IMG/VR virus record: IMGVR_UViG_3300011242_000002
Span: 32,001-96,000 of that record
From: a virus
Taxonomy: Duplodnaviria; Caudoviricetes
Direction: 5' to 3' (one strand)
DNA length: 64,000 nt
Shown here: one piece after another, positions 46,658-55,823 of the stretch
Layout: the number at the start of each line of letters is the position of its first letter
Position numbering within the stretch: position 1 is the stretch's first letter
Translations under genes and position numbers: made by a program
Notes under the pieces: model-generated
Database searches by the model: none
The model's input: only the letters and a program-made list of their open reading frames with translations
What the model was told of the DNA's origin: nothing

Positions 46658-47257
46658 ATGAACCCGTATTACGAAGTCGATAAGAAAGCCATTACCGATA
46701 TCCTGAATCAGAAACTCACCCATAATCGTGAACGCGTGGCGCTGATGCGTTTCTTTGAGTCTGTGGCGCAGGCGTACGGTAGCCCAGATAATGAAAAACG
46801 CCTGGTAGATTTGTTTGACATGCTGATGGACGAGCAGGCCAACCCCGCGCATGTCTGCTCATTGATGTTCTGTTTTATGGTTACCCCGGCCAAAATGGCA
46901 CGCCTGCCTAATCGTGAGCGCATCACCAGCTACATCGGGCATAAACTGGCGGGCCTTGACTATTCGGCACGACAGGGTCTGCAGCCGTCGGCGGTGACCT
47001 GCCGGACGGCTGATCCCGTTGATGACGCACCCAATATTAGTCTTGATACATTAACCAAGTTGCAGGCACTGTGTGAGGAACACAAAAGCTGGTTGCAGCG
47101 CATGACGCGCACTACGGACTTCAATCCAATGAATCACCCGACGTCAGCGGCGCTGCGTGAACGTGATGTGATTCGCTCGCAACTTACTTCACTGGCTACG
47201 CCGGACGTTATTGAAGCTCTGGTGGCCATCGCCATGAAAGCGCGGGGTGAGAAGTGA
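46658..47257 (+). CDS. hypothetical protein with Ead/Ea22-like C-terminal motif
   Basis: GGAG SD; ATPDVIEALV. Confidence 0.7.
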   Translation: MNPYYEVDKKAITDILNQKLTHNRERVALMRFFESVAQAYGSPDNEKRLVDLFDMLMDEQANPAHVCSLMFCFMVTPAKMARLPNRERITSYIGHKLAGLDYSARQGLQPSAVTCRTADPVDDAPNISLDTLTKLQALCEEHKSWLQRMTRTTDFNPMNHPTSAALRERDVIRSQLTSLATPDVIEALVAIAMKARGEK

Positions 47258-47577
47258 ATAAGGTCATGGATATGAACAGTCCTGAGAACCTGCGGCTGCG
47301 TGAAACGTTGGTTGAGCTGTCCTTGGTGCGTTCTCAGGCTATCAACGATAAGCGTCCGGTAAACACAGCCATTCGTTTACGCTGCACCCTGCTGCAGATG
47401 ACTAAGCCACCCCAGTTGATTTACGACATGCTCGAGCAGATTCGGCGTAAGCAGTTGTGCGACCATGAACTGTCTAAGTGCATCACCAGCTATAACGAAT
47501 TGGTCACCGGCCAACTCGAAATGATTCGTGACGGCGTAGTGGTGACCATTATCGGTAACCAAACACCTATCGAGTAG
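47254..47577 (+). CDS. hypothetical protein
   Basis: GTGA overlap. Confidence 0.65.
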   Translation: MNKVMDMNSPENLRLRETLVELSLVRSQAINDKRPVNTAIRLRCTLLQMTKPPQLIYDMLEQIRRKQLCDHELSKCITSYNELVTGQLEMIRDGVVVTIIGNQTPIE

Positions 47578-47631
47578 TGCAGTAAAAACCTTTAATCCAA
47601 CTACGGGCAATGCGGCCCCTAAGGAAATAAC

Positions 47632-48435
47632 ATGAAACAGAGTTATAAAGTTGAGTTTGAACTGAATGATACCGTTGTGAACCCAGGTGTTAACATGAAA
47701 CCTTACCAGGTGCTTGAGTCTGTGTACCTCGAGATCAACGGCTTTCGCGGTAAAAGCTACGGGCTTCAGGTGTTCCTGGAACCGGATTCTCTCAACGCGC
47801 TGAACGCTGGTGAATTTACCACCAAGCTGCTGGAATACTGCTATGAGCTCACCACCCTTGGCGATAAGCCATCGGTTGTGTTGGGTAGCGGGTCGGTCAG
47901 TCGCTGTCAGTCTTTTGAAACCACCCACCGTCGCCGCATTACGTCACGCTCGGTTACGCACGATGTGATTTCTGAACTGCTGCACGACGCCATTGGTTCA
48001 CTGGCATTATGCGACGTTGAGGTTTATGACAGCCAGATGTCTGAGTGTCTGACCTTCCTCAACGCCGTTCGCCAAACGACTTCGTATGCTGACGGTGTGA
48101 GTAAGGCAGGCCCTATTGTGTCGCACCGCTTCTTTATGGGGGTCGAGACCAGCGTCCCTGGCTTGACGGGTAAACGCCGGTTTATCGTTGAGCATGCGTC
48201 GATGAACGTCTTCACCATTATTGGTGTGCACACCATTTGGAAATACAGCAACCCTGATGATCTCGACGCACCTACCGTGTTATACACCGACTCGGCAAAA
48301 TGCATCAGTAAAGGCGAGAAAATCATAACCGGCGACGGTCAGATGCTGGTGCCGAATACCAGCATGATCAAGCCCATGACGGTAGATGAAGTGTTAGCGC
48401 GCATGCGCGGCACGTCATTACCGGTGCTTAACTAG
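47632..48435 (+). CDS. hypothetical protein
   Basis: TAAGGA SD. Confidence 0.75.
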   Translation: MKQSYKVEFELNDTVVNPGVNMKPYQVLESVYLEINGFRGKSYGLQVFLEPDSLNALNAGEFTTKLLEYCYELTTLGDKPSVVLGSGSVSRCQSFETTHRRRITSRSVTHDVISELLHDAIGSLALCDVEVYDSQMSECLTFLNAVRQTTSYADGVSKAGPIVSHRFFMGVETSVPGLTGKRRFIVEHASMNVFTIIGVHTIWKYSNPDDLDAPTVLYTDSAKCISKGEKIITGDGQMLVPNTSMIKPMTVDEVLARMRGTSLPVLN

Positions 48436-48446
48436 CAACCGTATTC

Positions 48447-48476
48447 AGAGGGGTTTCGGTCCCTCTTTTTTTTTTT
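48447..48476 (+). terminator. intrinsic terminator
   Basis: agaggg...ccctct followed by a long T run. Confidence 0.8.
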
Positions 48477-48523
48477 GTTACCACGATCAATTCTATACAC
48501 TTCTTTCTGGCTAAGGATACTTC

Positions 48524-49018
48524 ATGTCTGAACAAAACGTTACACAAGAACTGCTGTCGACCTACGTCGTCATTGATAACCAAGCGCACTACCCGATCGC
48601 GGTAGAATTAAAAGCTGGCGGTGACATTGCAGAGGCATTAGAGCTGTTACGTGAAGGCTATCTGGTAAAGCACAAAGATAACGTCCAGCATAAGCTTATC
48701 ATTGCGGGGATGTTTGATGCGCTGCTTGCTGAGGCACCGCACCTGAACCTCAACTATGACCGCTCGATCAAGCTCGGTACCGTCACCCTGTACTATGGGA
48801 AAACCAGCCGTTTGGCGCCGGTGACCACCAAAGATCTGTCAAAGTACTTTGAAGAACCGGTCAAAACTGACACGGTGGTGAGCGATGAGCTGGACCTCAG
48901 TGGGTTAGCTGACATTGACTTTGATGCGGTCAACCAGCGCGTTGAGCAAATGCAGGCTGGCGGCGGTGAAGTGGTCGCTGAGAGCAACGAGTGCGAAGGC
49001 GGCGGTTGCAAGATTTAA
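48524..49018 (+). CDS. hypothetical protein with NrdA-like C-terminal redox tail (ECEGGGCKI)
   Basis: TAAGGA SD; acidic linker followed by terminal CxxxxC-KI. Confidence 0.8.
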   Translation: MSEQNVTQELLSTYVVIDNQAHYPIAVELKAGGDIAEALELLREGYLVKHKDNVQHKLIIAGMFDALLAEAPHLNLNYDRSIKLGTVTLYYGKTSRLAPVTTKDLSKYFEEPVKTDTVVSDELDLSGLADIDFDAVNQRVEQMQAGGGEVVAESNECEGGGCKI

Positions 49019-49022
49019 CCTG

Positions 49023-49059
49023 AGGGTCGGGTCGCTTCGGCGGTCCGACCCTTATGCCG
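49023..49059 (+). terminator. UUCG hairpin + TTATGCCG
   Basis: agggtcgggtcgc-ttcg-gcggtccgaccct. Confidence 0.75.
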
Positions 49060-49158
49060 ATTGATGATATGTAAAACTGCACATATGTGACCTGTATATA
49101 TAACCACACATTTATTGGCTAGGGTCCGTCCCTGGCCTTTATTGCACTAGGGGGTAGT

Positions 49159-50118
49159 ATGCTAGAGCTGTTGTATGGGACCGACGCCACGAACGACGCG
49201 GATAATAAAAGTGACCTGTCAGGTTATACCAACGGACAACAGGCTAACTCAATGCAGACCCATGCATTTTTAAACAACATCTTTGCTAACGGCGGGGTGC
49301 TGGCGATCTACAATAACCGGGTATTGTATCTGAAAGGCTCGACCATGGCGCGCTACCGGTTCGCTACCCCGCCGGTGTATGAGGACACGATTGATCTGAC
49401 CGCACCCATCGCCTACGACCTTAATGGTAGTGTGTTCCAATACGGCAAGTACGTGTACTTTGGCCAGTCGCGTGGTGATCAACAGCTTATCACTCGCGTT
49501 AACCTGACCAATGGTGCAGTGGTGGTCTATCCGGTGACTCCGGTCACCAAAGGCATGTTTTGCTATTACGAAGGCTACCTGTATATCACCGGTGGGTTTA
49601 TCGGCACCGCGTTGAACGACACCAAGCTGTGGCGCTTGGACGTGAGTAACCCGAGTGCCGGGTGGGTGCAGGTGGCAACCTTTGCGACCAAGCTCCCTAC
49701 CGTCATCATTGGCAGTCAGGCGTATCTTTATAATGGACGGATGCTGTTCTGCGGAGGCGGTAAGGTGGTAGCGGGTGATGTGAACAACAACGACGGCAAC
49801 ACCTACACCGTAATCCCACAGATTGATCTTGGCAACTACTCGGTGAGTTCCATCACCTCGACCATTGCCTTGCGTAATGACTACCATAACGCCACCTTTA
49901 TTAACGGCACGTATCTATCACAATACGTTTATAACCTGAGCGGGGGCAATACCAGTTACATTGGTGTGAACCTGCTGACCGGACAGGCCCGTACGTCAAA
50001 CCTGGGCAATCAGCTACCGTCGTATCACAGCCTGTTCTTCCAACAAGGGGAACTCGGGATCATCAGCGGTGGTTATGGCGGTAAAACACTCCACACGGTA
50101 CGACTCCCTAAATCATAA
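49159..50118 (+). CDS. Kelch-like beta-propeller, probable virion protein
   Basis: YLYITGG...LWRLD...W and MLFCGGG Kelch-type blades; MLELL N-terminus. Confidence 0.65.
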   Translation: MLELLYGTDATNDADNKSDLSGYTNGQQANSMQTHAFLNNIFANGGVLAIYNNRVLYLKGSTMARYRFATPPVYEDTIDLTAPIAYDLNGSVFQYGKYVYFGQSRGDQQLITRVNLTNGAVVVYPVTPVTKGMFCYYEGYLYITGGFIGTALNDTKLWRLDVSNPSAGWVQVATFATKLPTVIIGSQAYLYNGRMLFCGGGKVVAGDVNNNDGNTYTVIPQIDLGNYSVSSITSTIALRNDYHNATFINGTYLSQYVYNLSGGNTSYIGVNLLTGQARTSNLGNQLPSYHSLFFQQGELGIISGGYGGKTLHTVRLPKS

Positions 50119-50136
50119 CAAACGAAGGATTTACTG

Positions 50137-50724
50137 ATGGCAAAACTTTTCTGGCGCTATGCTACCATGAACGCAGGGAAATCAGCTGAGCTGATGATTG
50201 CGGCGTATAACTACGAAGAACGCGGCATGCAGCGCATCATTATAAAACCGGCAATTGACACCCGCGATGAGCACGGGAAGGTCTGTAGCCGTATTGGCCT
50301 GACAACCGATGCAATTTTGTTCCAGCCCGAAGAAGACCTGTTTGAAGTCATCTGCGTGGCGCTGCGGGACCAGCCCAAGGCCATGTGCGTCTTTGTTGAT
50401 GAAGCACAGTTCTTGACGCCTAAGCAGGTCAGGGAATTGGCGAAGGTGGTGGACGTCATTAAGCTGCCGGTGATTGCCTACGGCCTGCGCTCTGACTTTC
50501 AGGGTAATCTGTTCCCCGGCTCTGCAGCGCTGTTTGCCACAGCTAACGAACTGACAGAGGTTCGAACCATCTGCCATTGTTCGCGTCGTGCCACCCACGT
50601 CTTGCGCTACGGTGCAGACGGGAACGTGGTGAAAGAAGGGCCACAGGTCGAGGTGGGCGGTAATGACATGTACGTGGCGGTGTGTCGTAAGCATCACGCC
50701 GAAGCCATGGGGTATTACGATTAA
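50137..50724 (+). CDS. tdk: thymidine kinase
   Basis: MNAGKS, SRIG, VFVDEAQFL, YGLRSDF, C-x-C and VCRKH motifs. Confidence 0.95.
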   Translation: MAKLFWRYATMNAGKSAELMIAAYNYEERGMQRIIIKPAIDTRDEHGKVCSRIGLTTDAILFQPEEDLFEVICVALRDQPKAMCVFVDEAQFLTPKQVRELAKVVDVIKLPVIAYGLRSDFQGNLFPGSAALFATANELTEVRTICHCSRRATHVLRYGADGNVVKEGPQVEVGGNDMYVAVCRKHHAEAMGYYD

Positions 50725-50726
50725 GT

Positions 50727-50764
50727 CGGCATAAGAGCCAGGGGTGACCCTGGCCTTTATGCTG
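50727..50764. terminator. bidirectional hairpin flanked by CGGCATAA...TTATGCTG
   Basis: gccaggg...ccctggc between convergent genes. Confidence 0.8.
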
Positions 50765-50765
50765 G

Positions 50766-51386
50766 TTAAAGTTCGATGATGTCAAAATAGTACAGCTTAA
50801 AGCGCGCTTCGGGCACCGCACCATTCCAGCCGTGACGGGCGATCTTTAACTCTCTCCCGGTAAACGTGGTTAGCGTTTGGATTTGGCTGTGGACCAACAC
50901 CCCGTTCATATACAGTTGAGTGCCCGAGGGTTTGATTATCAACTTAAAGGCGACCGGATAGGTAGTGATCGGCGCAGTGTTTACATACTGTTCGTTGTAG
51001 TTAACGGCAGGAACAATGACCAACGGCACGTAAGGCGCTGCCCGTTCGTTGGTGATGCCCAGCATCATGTATTGATCACCGTTCGTGCTGGCAGGGCGGG
51101 TATCCAGCAGAGCATTAGAATATATACCACTAACGTTGGGTTGAATGTCACCCACTACCATATTGATCTCAACGCTGGGTTTATCCATTTTACTGTTACC
51201 GGCATAAAGATACCCGCCGGTGAAATGGATGTAGGTACCGTTAGCATCACTACCCACCCCCACACCGTTAAAGGGCGTGACCGTAATACCAAGCGGGCCG
51301 GTGTCTTTAATGTCTGCGGGAGTGGCAAAGTTGGCAAGCTTAAACAAGGTTTTGTTTTTAGCACCGCAGTGCAGAATTTCAATCAT
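50766..51386 (-). CDS. LamG/concanavalin-like virion protein
   Basis: LLDTRP, TQLYMNGVLV and LKIAR patterns; MIEIL N-terminus. Confidence 0.6.
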   Translation of the reverse strand: MIEILHCGAKNKTLFKLANFATPADIKDTGPLGITVTPFNGVGVGSDANGTYIHFTGGYLYAGNSKMDKPSVEINMVVGDIQPNVSGIYSNALLDTRPASTNGDQYMMLGITNERAAPYVPLVIVPAVNYNEQYVNTAPITTYPVAFKLIIKPSGTQLYMNGVLVHSQIQTLTTFTGRELKIARHGWNGAVPEARFKLYYFDIIEL

Positions 51387-51444
51387 GGTTCACCCGATGG
51401 CTTGTAAGTAGTCTATACGATTTCTTCCCTATCCAATCTGAAAC

Positions 51445-51474
51445 CTACATTATCTTAATGTATCCCCGAACATA
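51445..51474 (+). promoter_or_regulatory. putative early promoter CTACATTAT-N5-TG with CCCGAACATA leader
   Basis: Motif copy. Confidence 0.7.
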
Positions 51475-51509
51475 AACGCCTTTACCTATGTCGGTAAAAG
51501 GGAGGAATC

Positions 51510-51863
51510 ATGAACCAGTCTGTCTATGACGTCACCGAAGCCATTGGAATAGCAATAAGCCCCATTCGCAGCCTGTTAACCGATGAAGCCACCGCGAACT
51601 ACTTGCGCAATCTGACGCGAGTGGTGCTAAACCACATCAGTAACCCGCAGCTGAACGTGGCAGAAGCACTGGCCAACGTTATTGAGATGCAGGGATTACC
51701 CGTGTATGACCCCATCATCTCACGGGCAACCGCGGACACGTTCGCCCGCCTGCACCGTTTCTTAAGCCCGCTTACCTTTGAACAAGGCAGCCGCCTGTTG
51801 ACCATTATAAGTGTGAACGTCACACCCGTAAGCTATCACCTGACACTAGGGTCCGTTACATGA
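51510..51863 (+). CDS. hypothetical protein
   Basis: GGAGG SD; overlaps the hslU start. Confidence 0.75.
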   Translation: MNQSVYDVTEAIGIAISPIRSLLTDEATANYLRNLTRVVLNHISNPQLNVAEALANVIEMQGLPVYDPIISRATADTFARLHRFLSPLTFEQGSRLLTIISVNVTPVSYHLTLGSVT

Positions 51864-53494
51864 AAACAACTGCTGACATCACCAAATACCTGGACCAGTT
51901 TGTAATTGGTCAAATGGCAGCCAAATGCGCCATTGCCGTGGCCTACCGCGAACGCGCCCTGAAGATCGCCAATAGCGGCGATGAATGGAAATACGTGGTA
52001 CCCAATAACATCCTGATGATTGGCGCTTCAGGCACGGGGAAAACCGAGCTCGCCCGACAGCTGGCCGAGTTAACCGATGCACCATTCGTGAAGGTGGAAA
52101 TTACCGAATTCACCCAGGTCGGGTATTTTGGTCGCGATGTGAAAACTATTCTTACCGATCTGGTAAAAGAAGCGGTGCGCATTGCGCCGGGGCTGTGGCG
52201 TCAGGAAAACAACGGCGGTGGTGATGAACTGCTGAAATTTCTGCAAAAGGTTTTTCTTGACTACAAGCCCGTGCTGGCAGAGCACTTAAAGCACGACCCG
52301 AACACGTTAACCTTTGCTGAGGTTAAAGCGGCTGTGGCGTCGGGTAAGTTTAAGAAGCTCGAACTGCCGGCCATGTTGTACCTGGACATGCTGATGGAGG
52401 ACGAGGAAGCAAACTCTCAACACAAGAGTGCCATTGATAAGGTGTTAGAAGAGTTCGGCCTAGGTGGTACGACCGCCAGCCGTAACATCAACATCTATTT
52501 GACCTTCATTACAATGTGTATCGATAACAACACGTTTAGCAGTGAGAAGCACGGGGATTACATTCAGACCGTCATTCCGGCTGAAGCCTACAAGAAGCTG
52601 CTGCAACGGGCCAAGACCAAGCTTACCCCCACCAAGGTGCGCGGGGTCTTTATGAATTACAAGGAAAACACGCTGAAGGACATTGCTGAAAAACTTAGTT
52701 TCATGGTCAAAATGCGTTTCGTGGATTTACTCAGGAATGTGAAACAGAAAGCCCCGGCCTCAAATGAGGTACCCGACTCTTTTATCATCAAGCTGGTCGA
52801 AGAGCGCGGGATCGTGTTCATTGATGAAATTGACAAGATCTTCGTCGACACCAGCGGGGGTAACGTGGGGAACATCGGGGTGGTGCGTGACCTGATGCCG
52901 TATCTGGATGGGGTAACGCTGGACGTGCCGATTGTCGGCGAGCGTGATGCCTACTACACTCGCAACCGTTCCGACAAGACCTATCGCATTAATACGGCTA
53001 ACATTCTCTGGATAGCTTCCGGGGCCTTTAACATCGCGAAGGTCTCTGACGTACCGGCAGAAATCCTGGGGCGCTTACCGGTGCACGTGAAGCTGCAGTC
53101 ACTCGATGCTGATGCCTTGTACGGTATTCTCAACAAGCCTCACGGCTCGATCATCAGTCGCTTGAAGATGATCATGGAGGCGGAAGGCATTGAGTTTGTC
53201 ATCACTGACAAAGCGGTGCGTGCCATGGCTAAGCTGGCGTTTGACTGTAACACCCGCGGTGAGGACCTGGGGGCACGTCGTCTGATTAGCATCAGCAGCC
53301 AACTCTTTGACCAGCTGCGCTATGATGCGTCCAACATGGACGAAGGGGCAGTGGTGAAGATCGACGACAAGTACATCAACGAGCGCTACCAGCAGATTTA
53401 TGAGTTGGTGCCAGAGCGGGTTGAGCGTTTCAAACCGGCGAATACCGAGCAGGTGGCCTTGGCGACCCTGGCCAGCTTGTTAAAGAACTACTAA
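51860..53494 (+). CDS. hslU: HslU-like AAA+ unfoldase
   Basis: LDQFVIGQ, PNNILMIGASGTGKTELAR, VGYFGRDV, GIVFIDEIDKI, GRLP, LGARRL. Confidence 0.9.
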   Translation: MKTTADITKYLDQFVIGQMAAKCAIAVAYRERALKIANSGDEWKYVVPNNILMIGASGTGKTELARQLAELTDAPFVKVEITEFTQVGYFGRDVKTILTDLVKEAVRIAPGLWRQENNGGGDELLKFLQKVFLDYKPVLAEHLKHDPNTLTFAEVKAAVASGKFKKLELPAMLYLDMLMEDEEANSQHKSAIDKVLEEFGLGGTTASRNINIYLTFITMCIDNNTFSSEKHGDYIQTVIPAEAYKKLLQRAKTKLTPTKVRGVFMNYKENTLKDIAEKLSFMVKMRFVDLLRNVKQKAPASNEVPDSFIIKLVEERGIVFIDEIDKIFVDTSGGNVGNIGVVRDLMPYLDGVTLDVPIVGERDAYYTRNRSDKTYRINTANILWIASGAFNIAKVSDVPAEILGRLPVHVKLQSLDADALYGILNKPHGSIISRLKMIMEAEGIEFVITDKAVRAMAKLAFDCNTRGEDLGARRLISISSQLFDQLRYDASNMDEGAVVKIDDKYINERYQQIYELVPERVERFKPANTEQVALATLASLLKNY

Positions 53495-53543
53495 CCTCTT
53501 GGCCCGTTTCGACGGGTCTTTTGTTTAACCTGTAGGAGTTATC

Positions 53544-54194
53544 ATGTCCAATCAAACACACACCACCACCCATGTAATCAAATACACCCCTTATATTCAG
53601 GGCGATGACAGCTTTATGAAAATCAACAGTCACACCTGGCACGGTATCACCATTGATACCTGGCATGTAAAAGGGAAGCGTGATTACCAGCAGATGGTGG
53701 GGTATTTCACCACCGACAACGGAAAAGAGATTACGCTTGGGCGGCGTGACATTGCGGTAATGGAAGTGGATTCACTGGACTTCCACAACGCCCGCAGCAA
53801 GTTCTACAGCGATCTGATGCGCTGGTCGTTCCACGGTTTTGTGGACAACCTGGACGGCGCATTAACGGCACAGGACCTGGAAGCTTCGCGCCGGGTAGTG
53901 GAACCGACGAGCCCCGCTAACGCCGCCCACCATGAAACCGCCTGGCTGGAAGACCACCTCGAACTGTACGGTAAGCAGGTGCACTGGAAGGTCACCTCGC
54001 TGAAGTGGACCCGACGGGAATTTGAGCAGACGTTGGACTTCTACGTCATCGAAGGCAAAAGCGGGGTAGAGCGTCACTGCCTCATTAACCTACCTAAAAC
54101 CGAGCATCCGTATATCGTCGTGGGCGATTACTTCGAACAGCATAAACCCCTGATTGCCGAAACCCTTGGCCTTGACTTGAGCAAAAAGCTATGA
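53544..54194 (+). CDS. hypothetical protein
   Basis: AACCTGTAGGAG leader. Confidence 0.75.
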   Translation: MSNQTHTTTHVIKYTPYIQGDDSFMKINSHTWHGITIDTWHVKGKRDYQQMVGYFTTDNGKEITLGRRDIAVMEVDSLDFHNARSKFYSDLMRWSFHGFVDNLDGALTAQDLEASRRVVEPTSPANAAHHETAWLEDHLELYGKQVHWKVTSLKWTRREFEQTLDFYVIEGKSGVERHCLINLPKTEHPYIVVGDYFEQHKPLIAETLGLDLSKKL

Positions 54195-54700
54195 TTAAAG
54201 AAATTCTGAACGACTTCATCCAGTGTTGGAAAGCCTTCAACAGGCAGCGGGTATTAACTAACCAGGAGGCGGCAGGGAAAATTAACCGCGGCGACTGTGG
54301 CTTAGCGGCGATTGCAGTAGCCCATGTGTTACGGGTAAAATACCAAATCCCGGCGGAGATTTACCAGAATCCCCACCACTGCTGGATTCGTATCGAGGGC
54401 AGCGGCGAATACGATACCCTGCATCCCGAAGGTTACAAAACCCCGGTTAAAGAGGTCTGGGATCGTCACGGCGGCCCCAGTGAGCAACACCTGTCGTTTG
54501 CCCAAGCCTGCAGCGAGTGGATGCCCTGTGATGCCTTCGGTGGCTATCTGTGCAAAGCCTTCTTTGAGCGTCACGGTTTAGCCATGCCGCCCGAACTGGA
54601 ACACTGCATCAGCAATGCCGCCGAATACGAATCACCGGAGGAGATACCCAATCTGGTGGCGGCGTACCAGCGAGCAGTCGCTGGGTTGCTGGCTGTGTAA
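54191..54700 (+). CDS. putative papain/transglutaminase-fold (Cys-His-Asp) enzyme
   Basis: INRGDCGLAA...HCWIRI...YD. Confidence 0.55.
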   Translation: MIKEILNDFIQCWKAFNRQRVLTNQEAAGKINRGDCGLAAIAVAHVLRVKYQIPAEIYQNPHHCWIRIEGSGEYDTLHPEGYKTPVKEVWDRHGGPSEQHLSFAQACSEWMPCDAFGGYLCKAFFERHGLAMPPELEHCISNAAEYESPEEIPNLVAAYQRAVAGLLAV

Positions 54701-54774
54701 GGCCGGACATATTTCCTCTTTTATATGTACACCCCTGTGTCCATGCAGGGGTCTTTTTGGGAGGCAAACAGAGC

Positions 54775-55146
54775 ATGGAATCGTTGAATTACCGCGTGTT
54801 GTTCCATGTCGTCTGTGATGAGCAACCCGCACTTCACCTGGTGGCGGTGTGCAACTATGATCTTTTCATTACCGAGCAGCGCGTCTCCAGCCTGCACCGG
54901 CAACTGATTAATGACCTTAACATGACGGGTGAGCGCTTTAACCAGTCGATTGTGATTCGTGGTGAGCCTGCGACGTTGAACGTCGATTTGTTTTATGCAC
55001 CGATGGACCCGAGTGAAATGGCTACGCCACCCGATCCATCATTAGGCCCGGCAGGCCGCATACCTAAAAGCACCAACACCTGCATCAATTTCAGCATGCG
55101 GGATGTACACGACGTGCTGTATCCGCTGACAAAACCCGTGGGGTGA
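54775..55146 (+). CDS. hypothetical protein
   Basis: GGAGG SD. Confidence 0.65.
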   Translation: MESLNYRVLFHVVCDEQPALHLVAVCNYDLFITEQRVSSLHRQLINDLNMTGERFNQSIVIRGEPATLNVDLFYAPMDPSEMATPPDPSLGPAGRIPKSTNTCINFSMRDVHDVLYPLTKPVG

Positions 55147-55149
55147 TAA

Positions 55150-55764
55150 ATGGTTTACGGACACACCTTTTATTTCGACCAGCCGGTCAGACGGATCTGG
55201 TATACGTACGGGAAACAACCCGCTGCGTTGTATTGGGACGAGGTGGTGAAAGCTGCTTTGACCCAACCTACCACCGTACCAAATGAGATTTACAACCTGC
55301 TGGCGGGCGAGCACAAGTTCACCCCGTCCGTGATGGTGGTGTCAGAATGTGGTTTTGCCACCGAAGAAGAAGCCCAGGCCTGGGTGGATGGCGTGACCCT
55401 CGCGGAAATCAACCAGCTGAGTGCCAGCGGTTACGACGGCAAGGTGATTCGGGAAACCATCATCAATGTCGATCATCAGGTGCGTGTCATTCGTCGTCTA
55501 CGTTCTGCTCTCACGGTCAACGCAGGACTGTATTACGATAAGAATGAAACCGCAATTCCTGACTGGCGCTGGGATGAGATGGCGTATCAACTGGTCGCAT
55601 TGCAGCAGCGGTTCTTTTATATCCTGCCGTTCGTCGACTTCTTTGATTTCGAGTTCAACGGGTTTGATGGTTCAACCGGATTTGATCTGCCATACCGCAC
55701 GGAACCTTTTATCGACCACATTGAGCGCGCGTTGGTCTATCTTGAGCAACACAGAAAACTTTAA
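55150..55764 (+). CDS. protein with stand-alone NAD+-dependent ligase domain-Ia-like module
   Basis: IRRLR.AL....GLYYDKNETAIPDWRWDEM..QLVALQ...STG. Confidence 0.65.
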   Translation: MVYGHTFYFDQPVRRIWYTYGKQPAALYWDEVVKAALTQPTTVPNEIYNLLAGEHKFTPSVMVVSECGFATEEEAQAWVDGVTLAEINQLSASGYDGKVIRETIINVDHQVRVIRRLRSALTVNAGLYYDKNETAIPDWRWDEMAYQLVALQQRFFYILPFVDFFDFEFNGFDGSTGFDLPYRTEPFIDHIERALVYLEQHRKL

Positions 55765-55766
55765 GC

Positions 55767-55782
55767 CTACATTACCGTAGTG
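55767..55782 (+). promoter_or_regulatory. putative early promoter CTACATTAC-N5-TG
   Basis: Motif copy. Confidence 0.7.
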
Positions 55783-55823
55783 TAGCAGCTACCTTAACTT
55801 AACGCAACCCGTAAGGACGTCAC

